Below, in pieces: positions 1-9,861 of a stretch of DNA of 32,000 bases. The notes under the pieces are model-generated. The model saw only the letters and a program-made list of their open reading frames with translations. It searched no databases and was not told where the DNA came from. Numbering within the stretch: position 1 is the first letter of the stretch; each line of letters begins with the position of its first letter. The position numbers and the translations under genes were made by a program. Origin of the DNA: Candidatus Poseidoniaceae archaeon (GTDB lineage: Archaea > Thermoplasmatota > Poseidoniia > Poseidoniales > Poseidoniaceae); NCBI GenBank assembly GCA_943789275.1, contig CALSTM010000003.1, forward strand, positions 390,001-422,000. The letters are read 5' to 3'.

Positions 1-3000
1 TCATCGGTTCAATTCCGATTGTGTTTCCAAACGAGTTCGGCCGTTGGAGTACGCGGAGGATGGTTTGTTGATAATTTCGAGGTCCGAAACCAAGGCGATG
101 AACGGGGGGCATGGTTTCACGGCAACCTGTCGGCAGATTATGCTCCGAACGCCGATGGAGATTTGGTACTGCCCGTTGATTTCTCGAACATGACCGGTCA
201 AAACGTCGAACTTGAAATCTGGTCGAATTGGGACCTTCAGGGTGCGGCTTTCGATACCTTGACCGTGGATATATCGTACGACAATGGATCCTCATACTAT
301 TCGCTTTCCACCTACCCTGGCGTTCCTTCGTCAGGTGCCATCTGCAACGGTCAGTGGTTTAATGGCGGTGACTCCTCAAACCAATGGTGTCCGTTCCGAT
401 TTGTTTTGCCGTGGGGCACCAATGTCCCACTCAATGCAAACAATATCTATCTGCGATTCAATGTTCAAACGAACAATCAAATCAACTACGGAGGAGCGAC
501 TTCATCTGGGTGGGAAGGTATCGCAATAGATGATTTGGGCGTATGGATAAATCGAGGGACAGCGAATCAAAACTATACGCGTTTCAAGAACTTCACATCC
601 CAGCCAACCGGGGTGAACGGCTCAGCAGACGGCTGGCTTGAATCTCGATTGGCTCCCAACGAGTGGCAGTGGCTTACCTTTTTCGAACACAATTCAGTAA
701 ATGCCGCAGTCTTCGACTTCGAATCCGGGAATGAGTTGCCAGCTGGCTGGTCACTTTGGTCTCAGACCAACCGACGCTGGGAAGTTGGAACCACCAGCAA
801 TTCCTCTGGTTTTGGACCAGGTGTTTGGCATTCAGGTTTGAACGGAGCAGGGATCTATCTTGATGATGAATATCGCAACGATATGTGGACTGAGCTCTTT
901 ACTCCAGAATACTTCATCCCTGAAAACTCAACATCACGATTGACGTTTAGGAGTTGGGTTTGTACCGAGGCGAATTGGGACGGTGGTGCCGTCTCAATCT
1001 CAACGGATGGCGGCGAGAATTGGTGGTTTATCCCTCCGACTTACAATGGGTTTCACGATCAACTCTCGACGACGAACATTTACTCGCCGTTGTACAATCA
1101 GGGCATATTCGATGGCTCGCGAGTCGTGGGGGGTTGTCATAACGTCCAAAGAGGATTTGATTTGAAAGAATACGACCTCTCCAACCTTACCGGTTCTTCA
1201 GTCCGTGCGAAATTCACTTTTTTCTCAGACCAATTGGTCGAACTCGATGGCTGGTATATCGACGATGCGGGTATTGAAATCGATGTCTATGAACCAAATG
1301 GCTCATGGACTTCTGAAGTTCTCACGCCCGACCCATTGTTTGGATGGGGGCAACTGGATGGATTTGTGGTCGAGCCTTCAAACACCAGTGTCCGATTCGA
1401 TGTTTTGGACGCAAACGGCACGCTGATTGACGGATATCAGAACAGAACTCTACCCATTGACTTGCCGTTTGATGCAGACAAACACCCAGAACTCTTCATC
1501 CGCGTTCACCTGTCGAGCCTTGACCGTTTAATCACGCCGAGTATCGAGCGTCTTTCGGTTGGAACTCTCACTTTTTTTGACGCTTACCATCTGTCCTACC
1601 CCGGAGATTTCACCGGCTCAAACCTTGAACAACTTGAGACGGGTGGAGATTATAATTTGAGGACCTCTCCTGCTGCCAGTTATGTGTCGTTGATGTGGGA
1701 AAGCAAGGCTTTTTGCCCATTCCAGATTGCTAAATACCAACTCATTGCTGGAAACCTAAGCGTTTCACACAGCGATTATTCCGTCGTTGCCTCCGATTGG
1801 GACCTCACCCCTTATCCGGTCTTGTCCCAGACCATAGAGCGTCAAGGAAGGCCGAAAATATCAACCGATTTGGCCCTCACATGGTCACCTGGACAATCAT
1901 CGAAAGGATTCCTTTTCGAACCGTTTTGTTCTGTGGCGCCTGAGGAAACTGAAGTCGAAATCGGCTCACCGCCTACTCCATTGTTCACATGGCCAGAATC
2001 CACTGCAAGTTCCTCACTCGGACTAAATCGGCACTTCTACAGTTTCCAACATTCTCAATCTGAAACGCTGAATGGCACCCAGAACCTTTCTTTTTCTCAT
2101 TCTGGCGGGGTGAGTTCTGCACACATATCGGTACTTGTGGCTCGTAACCGTGATTCGACGTCACCTTCCAGTTTTGACATCACGTATCTGTTTGAGGCCA
2201 CCAGCGATGGCACTACAGCCTCATTACGACATGGGAACCTCCAAACTGTAGATCTTGTACCCGTAGAAACCACTCAATTTCATCGCCTACAATTCACTTC
2301 GGCGTGTTCAACTCAAGTTCAGGTCACCGAACATCTTGACATCTGTACGCTTCCATTGCAATTGGAAGGTAATTTTACTGCCGTTCTTTCGCACTTGCAA
2401 TTCATCCCTCACCAACAAACCTTGACTGCACAATTGAGTCATCAAACGCTCAATGCCCTCTTGCAGCAAGCCTATTCTCAGAGCCCAACACCACTGGTTG
2501 ATTTGCCTCTGAATGTACAATCTGCACGAGGCTCGATGATGGTGAACTTCAGTTATACCATGCAGACCAAACTTGTTGACAAAGTGCTTACTCCAGCTCA
2601 TGAACGTTGGTTGCCAAAGCAAACAGTGCAGTTTGAAACCCACCACTGGAGGGGAGATGCGCACAGTATGGAAGTTGACGCACCCGATATTTCATCGATA
2701 ACACTGGCCCTTTCTACACAGCCAACTTACAATGGACGGTTGGTAGAGGTTGAAGCCTACAACCTTGATACAAACCCTCAATTCCGACAATTATCCGGTG
2801 CAGGCTTTGCTTCCTTGAACACGCCCCTCTCGTTGGCACAATGCACTATGAACACGTGTTCAGTGAATTGGTCTCTTACCAGCCACTGGCTAATGGATGA
2901 TGTGGACGACTTGTACATACTTTCCAAGGCCACGGATGTCGAGGGCTTCTCGACTGGACCGGACGTAGAAGTTCGACAAACGTTCTTCAACGAAGTTGAG

Positions 3001-5532
3001 AACGACTTAGAAGTTGTCAATTTCAATGTAGTTGACGACACGAACCGCATACTCAGCGATTGGTCGAACCCTCAGTGGCCTTTCCATTTGAACGCAAGTC
3101 AGGGAATGGAGGCAACCGGCAAAGTTCGCTTCGAAGGGATGACGGGCGCTTTTATCCAAGAAGGCGACGCTGAAATCCGAATAGATGCTACGGCAGTCCC
3201 CCCGTTAAATCTCAGCGGAGGCCCGAACCAGTGGCCAGGGGAAACGGTGGAATGGAGCGCTTCGTGGTTTGGAGAAGTTGACTCAAGTGGCGCTTTTTCA
3301 ATGGCAATCCAAGCACCCGGTCTCGAAGCGGAACTTCCGAGTAACACCCGTATTCTCATCTCGCCGCACATCCATCGCGCCGGTCCTGTTCACGAGGACA
3401 CATCCTCCAGCGAAGACCGAACAAGTTCTTCGATAAGTATACCGTTCTTATTCGATAAAGTTCGTCCTTCAACCCTCTCGATTGAAGCTCTTGAATCGGG
3501 TGATTATGTTTCAGCGGACGGACATATCTGGACAGCGCAACAAGATGTAGCATTGCGTTTGACCCTTGAAGACCCCGAAGGGCTGTCCAATTCATTGCAG
3601 TTCTATTCGTGGTTGGAATCAAGTCACGATACGAACAAGAATGGTATAATGGAGGAAAACGAATATGCCGTTCAAACGATAACGTTCAATTCGGGTTTGA
3701 CCTCGGCAGAGATTGATCTTCCACTGCTGTCATGGCAGCAGATTTTGCCGGCCGGCCAATCTTCAGGAAAAGCGAGCATTGTCATCAAAGGTTTCGACCT
3801 GGCGGGGAATTCACTCGATGGCGGGGGTCAATTTGGTGAACAATTCGACCTTGCTACATTTGAGGTCCAAGAACGGTACGACACCACCATCGACACAGAA
3901 ACCGTCTCCTTTGATTTGATTCAATCCCAATTATTGCCCGGCCACGAACATCGCTTCTCCTTCATCGTTACAGATGGAAACGGTATTGAATCGTTTGATT
4001 TCATCGAGTTTGCTCTGCTCGGCCGTGATCAGAACGAGGTTTGCGCAGTGAAGTTCGAACCGCGCTTCCATGAAGTCGAATACGACCAAGACTGTTTCGA
4101 AACAGTACCACTCGTCAATGTGACCAAACAACCTTTGCTTTCGGAATGGAAGGTGGACATCCATTTCCGTATGGCTTGGAGTCTTCTGGATTCTTCGATG
4201 ACAGGTACTCCCTCGTTGAAAATTTACGATGAAGGGCAAGACCTCGGCCTCGGTTTGTCTCGCATGACCGTGTTCGACTGGACACTTTCCAGCCAACTCG
4301 AGTTGGGGGCTCTGGTTCTTCGTGATGAAACTCTACCGCATGGTACTGTCGAGGAGTTTAATATCTGGGTTCACAAGAACGATACGCTTTCTGTGAGCAC
4401 AGGTTTGTACCACGCCAATACTTCGATTGCAGCAGAGTATTTGCCCGACGATGTACTTCTTCAAGCCGTATTGAGCGATGGAGAACGAACATCGTATTCC
4501 AACGTCAATTTCTCCATCTCCGGACAAGCCATGATGTCCATTCACCTTGACCCGAACATTGTGAAACTTCAGGAAGCAGTACTTGAATTAGAAGTGGTTG
4601 GTTTCCAAAGTTTTTCACCGTCCAAAACAATCAACATTACCTTTGATAGCGATTCCCCTCGTCTTTCAATCCCTCCTGGCATTTTATCCCAAATCGATTC
4701 GAATACTTTGCATGATGTGGAAGTCATCCTCATGGTGAACGATGAGGTTGGAATGAACCGCTCCTCGGTTCAGATGCATTGGTATTTTACCCGTGCAGGC
4801 TCTCAAGTCGATGGCTCTCAAGGGTCATCATCGATCGATTATTTGAGCCAAACCAGCATGACTACGACCTTTTCATCTCAAGTCAACATGCAACCGGCCA
4901 ATGCATCCTTACTCGCTAAGAACGACCAGTTGGTCGTTTGGTTCAGTGGTAAAGACCCATCAGGAAACCTTCTGTCAGGATTTGGAACTGAAAATGAACC
5001 GATTACGCCAAATTTCCGATGGATTGCGTTTGAACCTCAATTTGAAAACATTGTTGCGACGCCGTATCGCGCTAAAGTTGGAGAACAAATTTCCATCTTT
5101 GTTCGGGTATCGAACATTGGCGTTCTTCCAGGCAACATGACTGTAGAATGTTATGACGACGAAGGTACGCTTCTGGCGACAAATACGAGTTGGATCGAAG
5201 GAGGCTCCTGGGTTGACCATTTGTGGGAAGTTGAAGCATGGAAAACAGGTCGACTTGGCCTTACGGTCAAAATTGTCAACCATACGGGAAATGTTCCAGT
5301 CTCGATGGCGAATGTTAACGAATACGACCAAAACAGTGGCCAGACGACGACTGCGCTTGGTTTCGCAGTGCTCGTTGTCTTGCTCTCTGGGGGAATTTTC
5401 GTGGCGTCTGTTCTCCGACGACGAGAGCGAATTCATCAATTCACTGCCGAACAAGTCCACATTGCACTGGACCGTAGTAGCCTTCCACCTCCTCGCCCGA
5501 AAGATTTGGTGGAGTTAACCCAAGAGGAATAG
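1..5532 (+). CDS. Giant cell-surface (adhesin/S-layer-like) glycoprotein, 5'-truncated by the window edge, with a C-terminal transmembrane anchor
   Basis: Frame 1 is open from nt 1, and the ORF-track 'M' at 19 is a TTG, so the N-terminus and signal peptide lie upstream of the window. More than 1830 aa with no catalytic motif seen (no HExxH). Three domain ends carry a W[FY][VI]D[ND]-type beta-sandwich signature (GGWFVDNFEV, GIAIDDLGVW, DGWYIDDAGIEI). More than 25 N-x-S/T sequons. A single hydrophobic helix ALGFAVLVVLLSGGIFVASVL is followed by RRRER and a roughly 45-aa tail containing PPPRP. Confidence 0.75.
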   Translation, partial: SSVQFRLCFQTSSAVGVRGGWFVDNFEVRNQGDERGAWFHGNLSADYAPNADGDLVLPVDFSNMTGQNVELEIWSNWDLQGAAFDTLTVDISYDNGSSYYSLSTYPGVPSSGAICNGQWFNGGDSSNQWCPFRFVLPWGTNVPLNANNIYLRFNVQTNNQINYGGATSSGWEGIAIDDLGVWINRGTANQNYTRFKNFTSQPTGVNGSADGWLESRLAPNEWQWLTFFEHNSVNAAVFDFESGNELPAGWSLWSQTNRRWEVGTTSNSSGFGPGVWHSGLNGAGIYLDDEYRNDMWTELFTPEYFIPENSTSRLTFRSWVCTEANWDGGAVSISTDGGENWWFIPPTYNGFHDQLSTTNIYSPLYNQGIFDGSRVVGGCHNVQRGFDLKEYDLSNLTGSSVRAKFTFFSDQLVELDGWYIDDAGIEIDVYEPNGSWTSEVLTPDPLFGWGQLDGFVVEPSNTSVRFDVLDANGTLIDGYQNRTLPIDLPFDADKHPELFIRVHLSSLDRLITPSIERLSVGTLTFFDAYHLSYPGDFTGSNLEQLETGGDYNLRTSPAASYVSLMWESKAFCPFQIAKYQLIAGNLSVSHSDYSVVASDWDLTPYPVLSQTIERQGRPKISTDLALTWSPGQSSKGFLFEPFCSVAPEETEVEIGSPPTPLFTWPESTASSSLGLNRHFYSFQHSQSETLNGTQNLSFSHSGGVSSAHISVLVARNRDSTSPSSFDITYLFEATSDGTTASLRHGNLQTVDLVPVETTQFHRLQFTSACSTQVQVTEHLDICTLPLQLEGNFTAVLSHLQFIPHQQTLTAQLSHQTLNALLQQAYSQSPTPLVDLPLNVQSARGSMMVNFSYTMQTKLVDKVLTPAHERWLPKQTVQFETHHWRGDAHSMEVDAPDISSITLALSTQPTYNGRLVEVEAYNLDTNPQFRQLSGAGFASLNTPLSLAQCTMNTCSVNWSLTSHWLMDDVDDLYILSKATDVEGFSTGPDVEVRQTFFNEVENDLEVVNFNVVDDTNRILSDWSNPQWPFHLNASQGMEATGKVRFEGMTGAFIQEGDAEIRIDATAVPPLNLSGGPNQWPGETVEWSASWFGEVDSSGAFSMAIQAPGLEAELPSNTRILISPHIHRAGPVHEDTSSSEDRTSSSISIPFLFDKVRPSTLSIEALESGDYVSADGHIWTAQQDVALRLTLEDPEGLSNSLQFYSWLESSHDTNKNGIMEENEYAVQTITFNSGLTSAEIDLPLLSWQQILPAGQSSGKASIVIKGFDLAGNSLDGGGQFGEQFDLATFEVQERYDTTIDTETVSFDLIQSQLLPGHEHRFSFIVTDGNGIESFDFIEFALLGRDQNEVCAVKFEPRFHEVEYDQDCFETVPLVNVTKQPLLSEWKVDIHFRMAWSLLDSSMTGTPSLKIYDEGQDLGLGLSRMTVFDWTLSSQLELGALVLRDETLPHGTVEEFNIWVHKNDTLSVSTGLYHANTSIAAEYLPDDVLLQAVLSDGERTSYSNVNFSISGQAMMSIHLDPNIVKLQEAVLELEVVGFQSFSPSKTINITFDSDSPRLSIPPGILSQIDSNTLHDVEVILMVNDEVGMNRSSVQMHWYFTRAGSQVDGSQGSSSIDYLSQTSMTTTFSSQVNMQPANASLLAKNDQLVVWFSGKDPSGNLLSGFGTENEPITPNFRWIAFEPQFENIVATPYRAKVGEQISIFVRVSNIGVLPGNMTVECYDDEGTLLATNTSWIEGGSWVDHLWEVEAWKTGRLGLTVKIVNHTGNVPVSMANVNEYDQNSGQTTTALGFAVLVVLLSGGIFVASVLRRRERIHQFTAEQVHIALDRSSLPPPRPKDLVELTQEE

Positions 5533-5564
5533 TCAAAAACAGATTGTCCCACGCCCAACAAGAA

Positions 5565-5646
5565 GCCGGGGTTCCCGAGCGGTCAAAGGGGGTGGACTCA
5601 AGATCCTCTGCGTAAAGCTTCGCAGGTTCGAATCCTGCCCCCGGCA
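5565..5646 (+). tRNA. tRNA-Leu (anticodon CAA), class II with long variable arm, no encoded CCA
   Basis: Hand-folded. Acceptor GCCGGGG/CCCCGGC. Anticodon stem GTGGA/TCCTC with loop CTCAAGA (anticodon CAA). 13-nt variable region TGCGTAAAGCTTC. T arm GCAGG-TTCGAAT-CCTGC. Discriminator A. Confidence 0.9.
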
Positions 5647-5681
5647 CTTCTCCACTGAACAATACAGGTCTGCATGTACGC

Positions 5682-5686
5682 TTTTT
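5682..5686 (+). terminator. Oligo-T tract downstream of tRNA-Leu (archaeal-type terminator candidate)
   Basis: T5 run (cgcTTTTTgc) about 36 nt after the tRNA 3' end. Archaeal RNA polymerase terminates at oligo-T. Confidence 0.3.
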
Positions 5687-5695
5687 GCTGCGGGC

Positions 5696-6421
5696 TTAGC
5701 GTTTTGTCCGGGATTTCAAAATAGCATCAACAAGAGGTTCAAAGGTATCTCCATGCATGTGGGGGGAGCAGACATCTGCGGCCTTCGATACCGATTCAAA
5801 AGCGCCCTTCACAGCAACCGACCAGCGGGCTGTTTCAAACATCGATAAGTCATTGGGGGCATCTCCAACACACAACATGTCCTCGGCCGACCACCCCATG
5901 TGTTTCAACAAAATCTCTAGACCGTTGCCCTTGGAGAGATGCGGCTCCATGAGATGAATGGCGAATCCAGTTCGAAGTGCAGTGAGGTGCGACCATTCGC
6001 TTTGGGCTAAATGTGTTTGAATTGCTTCGAGATCTTCGTTTGGATTAAGACACCACTCACTTTCCCTCCACTGGTTGGATTCAATACCCACTGGGTCAAT
6101 ATCCATCACTGTAGAAAGCCATTCAGCGGCTTGCCTTGCCTCGTTTCCATCTGCTTGAAGCAGTGGCTTATCGAAACTCGGATGCCAAAGAACACCGCCG
6201 TTTTCGCAACAAATCGGACCGGAGAGTTTGAGAAATCTCCACAGACCATAGGTAATGGCTCGAACGTTTCCGGTAGCCAATACGACTGGAATACCGTTTT
6301 GTTCAAGTCGCTTGAGGGCATCCAGGGCCCTTGTATTGAGTTGCTTCTTTTCGTCGGTGATGGTACCGTCAATATCGACAGCGATGAACTTTGGAGTCCA
6401 GTCCTTCGGTAGCCATTCCAT
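5696..6421 (-). CDS. HAD-superfamily phosphatase, archaeal-type phosphoglycolate phosphatase-like (Cof/IIB)
   Basis: Motif I is IAVDIDGTITD and motif IV is GDAPNDLSMF. ENGG, NQWRE and HLM blocks are arranged as in archaeal phosphoglycolate phosphatases. The ORF-track start at 6484 is TTG. The first ATG (6421, MEWLPKDWTPKFIAVDIDGT) gives a family-typical 241 aa. Confidence 0.8.
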   Translation of the reverse strand: MEWLPKDWTPKFIAVDIDGTITDEKKQLNTRALDALKRLEQNGIPVVLATGNVRAITYGLWRFLKLSGPICCENGGVLWHPSFDKPLLQADGNEARQAAEWLSTVMDIDPVGIESNQWRESEWCLNPNEDLEAIQTHLAQSEWSHLTALRTGFAIHLMEPHLSKGNGLEILLKHMGWSAEDMLCVGDAPNDLSMFETARWSVAVKGAFESVSKAADVCSPHMHGDTFEPLVDAILKSRTKR

Positions 6422-6525
6422 GATTCGGCCAGCGTGCTGTTCATCATCAATTTTCGCCTCTTTTTCGTTGAGGTTATATGGCAAAGAAAGCGAGAGATTA
6501 TCTAAGACCGCTCCGAGGGTGAAAT

Positions 6526-9228
6526 ATGTCTACGAATGAAGAGAGCGAAGTCTTTCTCTCGTTCGATGACGAGGTACCTGCTATTCCCGAACCCGTGTTA
6601 GGTCCGAATTCACCCAAATCTCGGATACGTGCCTTGAGAAAGTCCGTCAAAAAATCGCAACCTGAAGTCCTTGATGCGGAGATTCTTGATGCTTCAATAG
6701 TCACTCAAGCAACCGGAGTTTTTGATGTGAGTTGGCCTTTGCTTGGGATGGATTGTCCAGATTGTGCAAGTAAAGCCACCCGCGCTTTGAATTTCCTCCC
6801 TCAAGTGAAGTCCACGAAAGTTTCCGCCACGGCTGGAAAGGTGACCATCGAGGTCGATCTTGAATACGGTTCGTTGTCCGAAGCCTCGTCCGTACTCCGT
6901 TCATTAGGTCACGCACCCGATGTTGCCTTCCATGAAATTGTCGGCGTTCGCAGTTCCCAAGTCGCTCAGCGAAACGAAGTTGACCAGCGTAAATTGATGA
7001 AAATTATCAAACAACAACCCGGTATTTTGGATATCGAAATTACCGATGATGAACGCATTCTCCTGCAACTGGCTACAGAAGTTTCGAAAGAAATCTTCGA
7101 AATCCGTGATGCTTCGCTTTCCGAGATTATCGGTTCACCTGTACGCTACGTTCAGGCCGAGTCAAACCGTATCCGTCCAGACCAATGGCGATTGATTGGT
7201 GGAGGCATTGCACTTCCCCTTCTCATTTTGGTTCTTCTCGGAGAAATCATTGGCCTACCTGAATATGTTCTTGCAGCGCTTGCTCTACCTGGCTTGGCCA
7301 TTGGCGGTTCTCAAATGTTCAAAGAAGCGGCTGCAAGTATTCATAACAAGCAACTTGGTTTCCAAGTTCTCACCAGTCTTGCCGTGATTGGGGCAGCCAT
7401 TCTTGGAATGTGGGAAGAGGCGCTTGTTGTTGCTATTTTGGTCGCTTTTACCGCACATTTAGAAGGCGATGCCCTTGTCAAAGCGCGCAAAGCCATGCAA
7501 GGTGGCCTCGATCGTTTACCGCGTACTGCTCGAAAGTTGACAAGCAGTAAACCTAAGCATGCATCAGAACTTGTGAACTCAGGTTTTACATTGCAGATGG
7601 CAGCCCCTGCTACTGGCCCCCTTATCGGCGCTGATGGCTGCGCTCTTCCAGACCCTGAAGCCTCGCATGAAACCGTTCCCATTGAACTCATCCGTATTGG
7701 CGACTCCATCGAGATTCGAAGCGGAGAACTCATTCCTGCTGACGGGGTAATTATTGATGGCCATGGTTCACTGGACAAGGCACCTTTGACCGGAGAGTCC
7801 GTTCCAGTCGAAGTATCCAACGGAGATGAGATACAAGCCGGATTGGTTCTTGCCCGCGGCCCCGTGGTCGTACGAGTGACTGCAGTAGGCGATAATACTC
7901 GCCTGTCCGGACTTATTGATGCAGTTCACACCTTCCGTGAAGAACCCCCTCGGTTGCAGAGCAGCATTGAACTTTTCACTGCGATATGGGTCCCTGTTGT
8001 CCTTCTTGGAGCGGTCGCTGTTTGGTATTTCATGTTCCCCGAGAATTGGAAAATCATCCTGTTGATATGGGTTGTTGCATGTCCTTGCGCTTTGCTTTTG
8101 GCAACTCCAGTGCCGCACGCTGCAGCTCTGTCACGCTCAGCCCACTTCGGGGCTATAGCACGAGGCGGCGATGTGATTGAACGTCTCTCTCGAGTCAACC
8201 ATATACTCCTCGATAAAACGGGAACACTGACCTCTGGTAAACCTCGATTAGGCGAAGTCATCATGTCGAAAGGTAAACAACGCTCTGCTGCGCTGAAACT
8301 CGCAGGTGGCCTCGAAGCCCGCTCTTCTCACCCATATGCATTATCCGTGATGGATTACCTCAAACAAGAACAAATTGTTCCAACTCCGGTCACTGCGATT
8401 TCAGACATTGAAGCGGGCGTGAAGGGCATAGTTGGTGGAAAAGAAGTGATGTTCATTCGATTTGACCGTGCAGCATCGCTCAAGGTAAGCGTCCCTGACG
8501 ATTTGAAAACTGCATACGCTGCTGCTGAGGCTGACGGTCATGGGGCAAGTTTACTGGTTCGAGGAGGAGAAGGGATTGCTTTGGTTACGTTCATTCACGA
8601 TGATACCCATGCCGGAAGCAAGGAATTGATTTCGTCGTTAAAGAAACGTTCGATTAATGTGGAAATACTCTCAGGAGACCATCAATCTGCAGTTTCCGCT
8701 TTTGCGAAGAACGTCGGTTTACCCGAATCTGCTGCACACGGCGGTTTCTCTCCAGAACAGAAAGTAGACTGGGTAAGGAACCGTTCAAAAACGCACATCA
8801 CCATGATGGTTGGAGATGGATTCAATGATGCTGCGGCATTGGCTCTGGCCGATGTTGGCGTCGCTGTGGGCACCGGTGAGACCGTGAACCTCGAGGCAGC
8901 GGATGTTTTGATTCCGAGTGACAATCCTCTCATGCTTACCGATTTGGTCGACTTAGCACGAAGTGCTCAACGCATCCTCATAGGCAATCTTTTGATTTCA
9001 GTTGGAATCACTCTCGCGCTGGTTGCTGCGGTTATTCTTCAATTGTATGACGAGTTGTGGGTTGGCGTTCTTATTCACGAAGCATCGGTCATCCTTGTCA
9101 TCTTGAACGGAGCACGGCTTGCAGGAGGGGAAGGAGCAGTAACCCTCCTGCGTTCAATCTTCAGCTCATTATGGGTGGACACCAAAGAAGCCTTCAAACT
9201 CCTCAAGTTACGGTATCAGCCCCAGTGA
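6526..9228 (+). CDS. Heavy-metal translocating P1B-type ATPase (Zn/Cd/Co-class exporter, specificity unresolved)
   Basis: ATG start. N-terminal HMA domain with GMDCPDC. TGES (PLTGESVP). TM6 CPC (VVACPCALLLATP). DKTGTLT phosphorylation site. SSHPYA (HP motif). MVGDGFNDAAAL hinge. The last TM carries HEASVILVILNGARL. Confidence 0.9.
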   Translation: MSTNEESEVFLSFDDEVPAIPEPVLGPNSPKSRIRALRKSVKKSQPEVLDAEILDASIVTQATGVFDVSWPLLGMDCPDCASKATRALNFLPQVKSTKVSATAGKVTIEVDLEYGSLSEASSVLRSLGHAPDVAFHEIVGVRSSQVAQRNEVDQRKLMKIIKQQPGILDIEITDDERILLQLATEVSKEIFEIRDASLSEIIGSPVRYVQAESNRIRPDQWRLIGGGIALPLLILVLLGEIIGLPEYVLAALALPGLAIGGSQMFKEAAASIHNKQLGFQVLTSLAVIGAAILGMWEEALVVAILVAFTAHLEGDALVKARKAMQGGLDRLPRTARKLTSSKPKHASELVNSGFTLQMAAPATGPLIGADGCALPDPEASHETVPIELIRIGDSIEIRSGELIPADGVIIDGHGSLDKAPLTGESVPVEVSNGDEIQAGLVLARGPVVVRVTAVGDNTRLSGLIDAVHTFREEPPRLQSSIELFTAIWVPVVLLGAVAVWYFMFPENWKIILLIWVVACPCALLLATPVPHAAALSRSAHFGAIARGGDVIERLSRVNHILLDKTGTLTSGKPRLGEVIMSKGKQRSAALKLAGGLEARSSHPYALSVMDYLKQEQIVPTPVTAISDIEAGVKGIVGGKEVMFIRFDRAASLKVSVPDDLKTAYAAAEADGHGASLLVRGGEGIALVTFIHDDTHAGSKELISSLKKRSINVEILSGDHQSAVSAFAKNVGLPESAAHGGFSPEQKVDWVRNRSKTHITMMVGDGFNDAAALALADVGVAVGTGETVNLEAADVLIPSDNPLMLTDLVDLARSAQRILIGNLLISVGITLALVAAVILQLYDELWVGVLIHEASVILVILNGARLAGGEGAVTLLRSIFSSLWVDTKEAFKLLKLRYQPQ

Positions 9229-9296
9229 TGTTCCGCTTCGTCGCTTCACGCGGCATATTCAAACCTTAGGAGCATCTCTCAGCCAACGGTGAGAAG

Positions 9297-9809
9297 ATGG
9301 CTCGAGTTCGCGCAGACCCCGTGACCACCGCACTTGCCCACCCTACACGTAGAGCACTGTACATCGCTCTTGCTGGTACTGAAGAGATGAGCACGGTGCA
9401 ACTGCAGACAGAAGTGGATGTTGAACGATACAACCTCTATCATCACTTGAAAAAACTCGCATCCTTAGGCTTGGTAGAGAATCACAGAGATGTCGGACGG
9501 GCACGATGGTGGAAAAAAACGGCCCACGTTGACCTACCTGAGATACTCACATCCCGCTCCAACTCTGCCTCTGTACCCGCGCCTGCTTCGGTCGAAGTCG
9601 GCGTCGGAGATCATGATTCTCTTCCCGCCACACTTTCAGAAGCCGTGTCAGATGCCGGGGAAATTCACATTCTTCAACTCGAAGGTTCCCGGGATCAAGT
9701 CGGTGCAAAGCGAGTGTTGGAACTTCTTGCTCAAGAGCACGGTATTGAACTGAACCTCCCCTGGAATTTCCTTCCAGCCAGCATCGCTTTGATTGCGAAG
9801 AAAAAATAA
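9297..9809 (+). CDS. ArsR/SmtB-family winged-helix transcriptional regulator with a roughly 80-aa C-terminal extension
   Basis: The sequence AHPTRRALYIALAG..MSTVQLQTEVDVERYNLYHHLKKLASLGLVE matches the ArsR HTH core. GGTGA lies 4-5 nt upstream of the ATG. No obvious alpha3 (CxC) or alpha5 (DxHx10HxxH) metal site is visible. Confidence 0.75.
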   Translation: MARVRADPVTTALAHPTRRALYIALAGTEEMSTVQLQTEVDVERYNLYHHLKKLASLGLVENHRDVGRARWWKKTAHVDLPEILTSRSNSASVPAPASVEVGVGDHDSLPATLSEAVSDAGEIHILQLEGSRDQVGAKRVLELLAQEHGIELNLPWNFLPASIALIAKKK

Positions 9810-9861
9810 AATCAACACGTAGAAGCAAACATCTCAAGAGGAGAGAACTGGAGCGGTAGGT

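Noticed and set aside
1-27. The sequence ATCGG-TTCAATT-CCGAT followed by 7 nt looks like the T-arm and acceptor 3' end of a tRNA at the window edge.
   Set aside because: It lies inside a reading frame that is open from nt 1 and encodes the end of a beta-sandwich domain (GGWFVDNFEV follows). A secreted giant protein must start upstream. There is no CCA and no way to check the 5' half, so it is most likely coincidence.
4975-5460. Long antisense or alternate-frame ORFs lie inside strong genes. Examples are 4975-5460 (-), 7341-7820 (-), 6011-6412 (+), 19636-20226 (-), 25933-26409 (+) and 30788-31204 (+).
   Set aside because: Each is fully nested in a CDS with clear motif-level support on the other strand or frame. 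None shows motifs, an SD or sensible composition.
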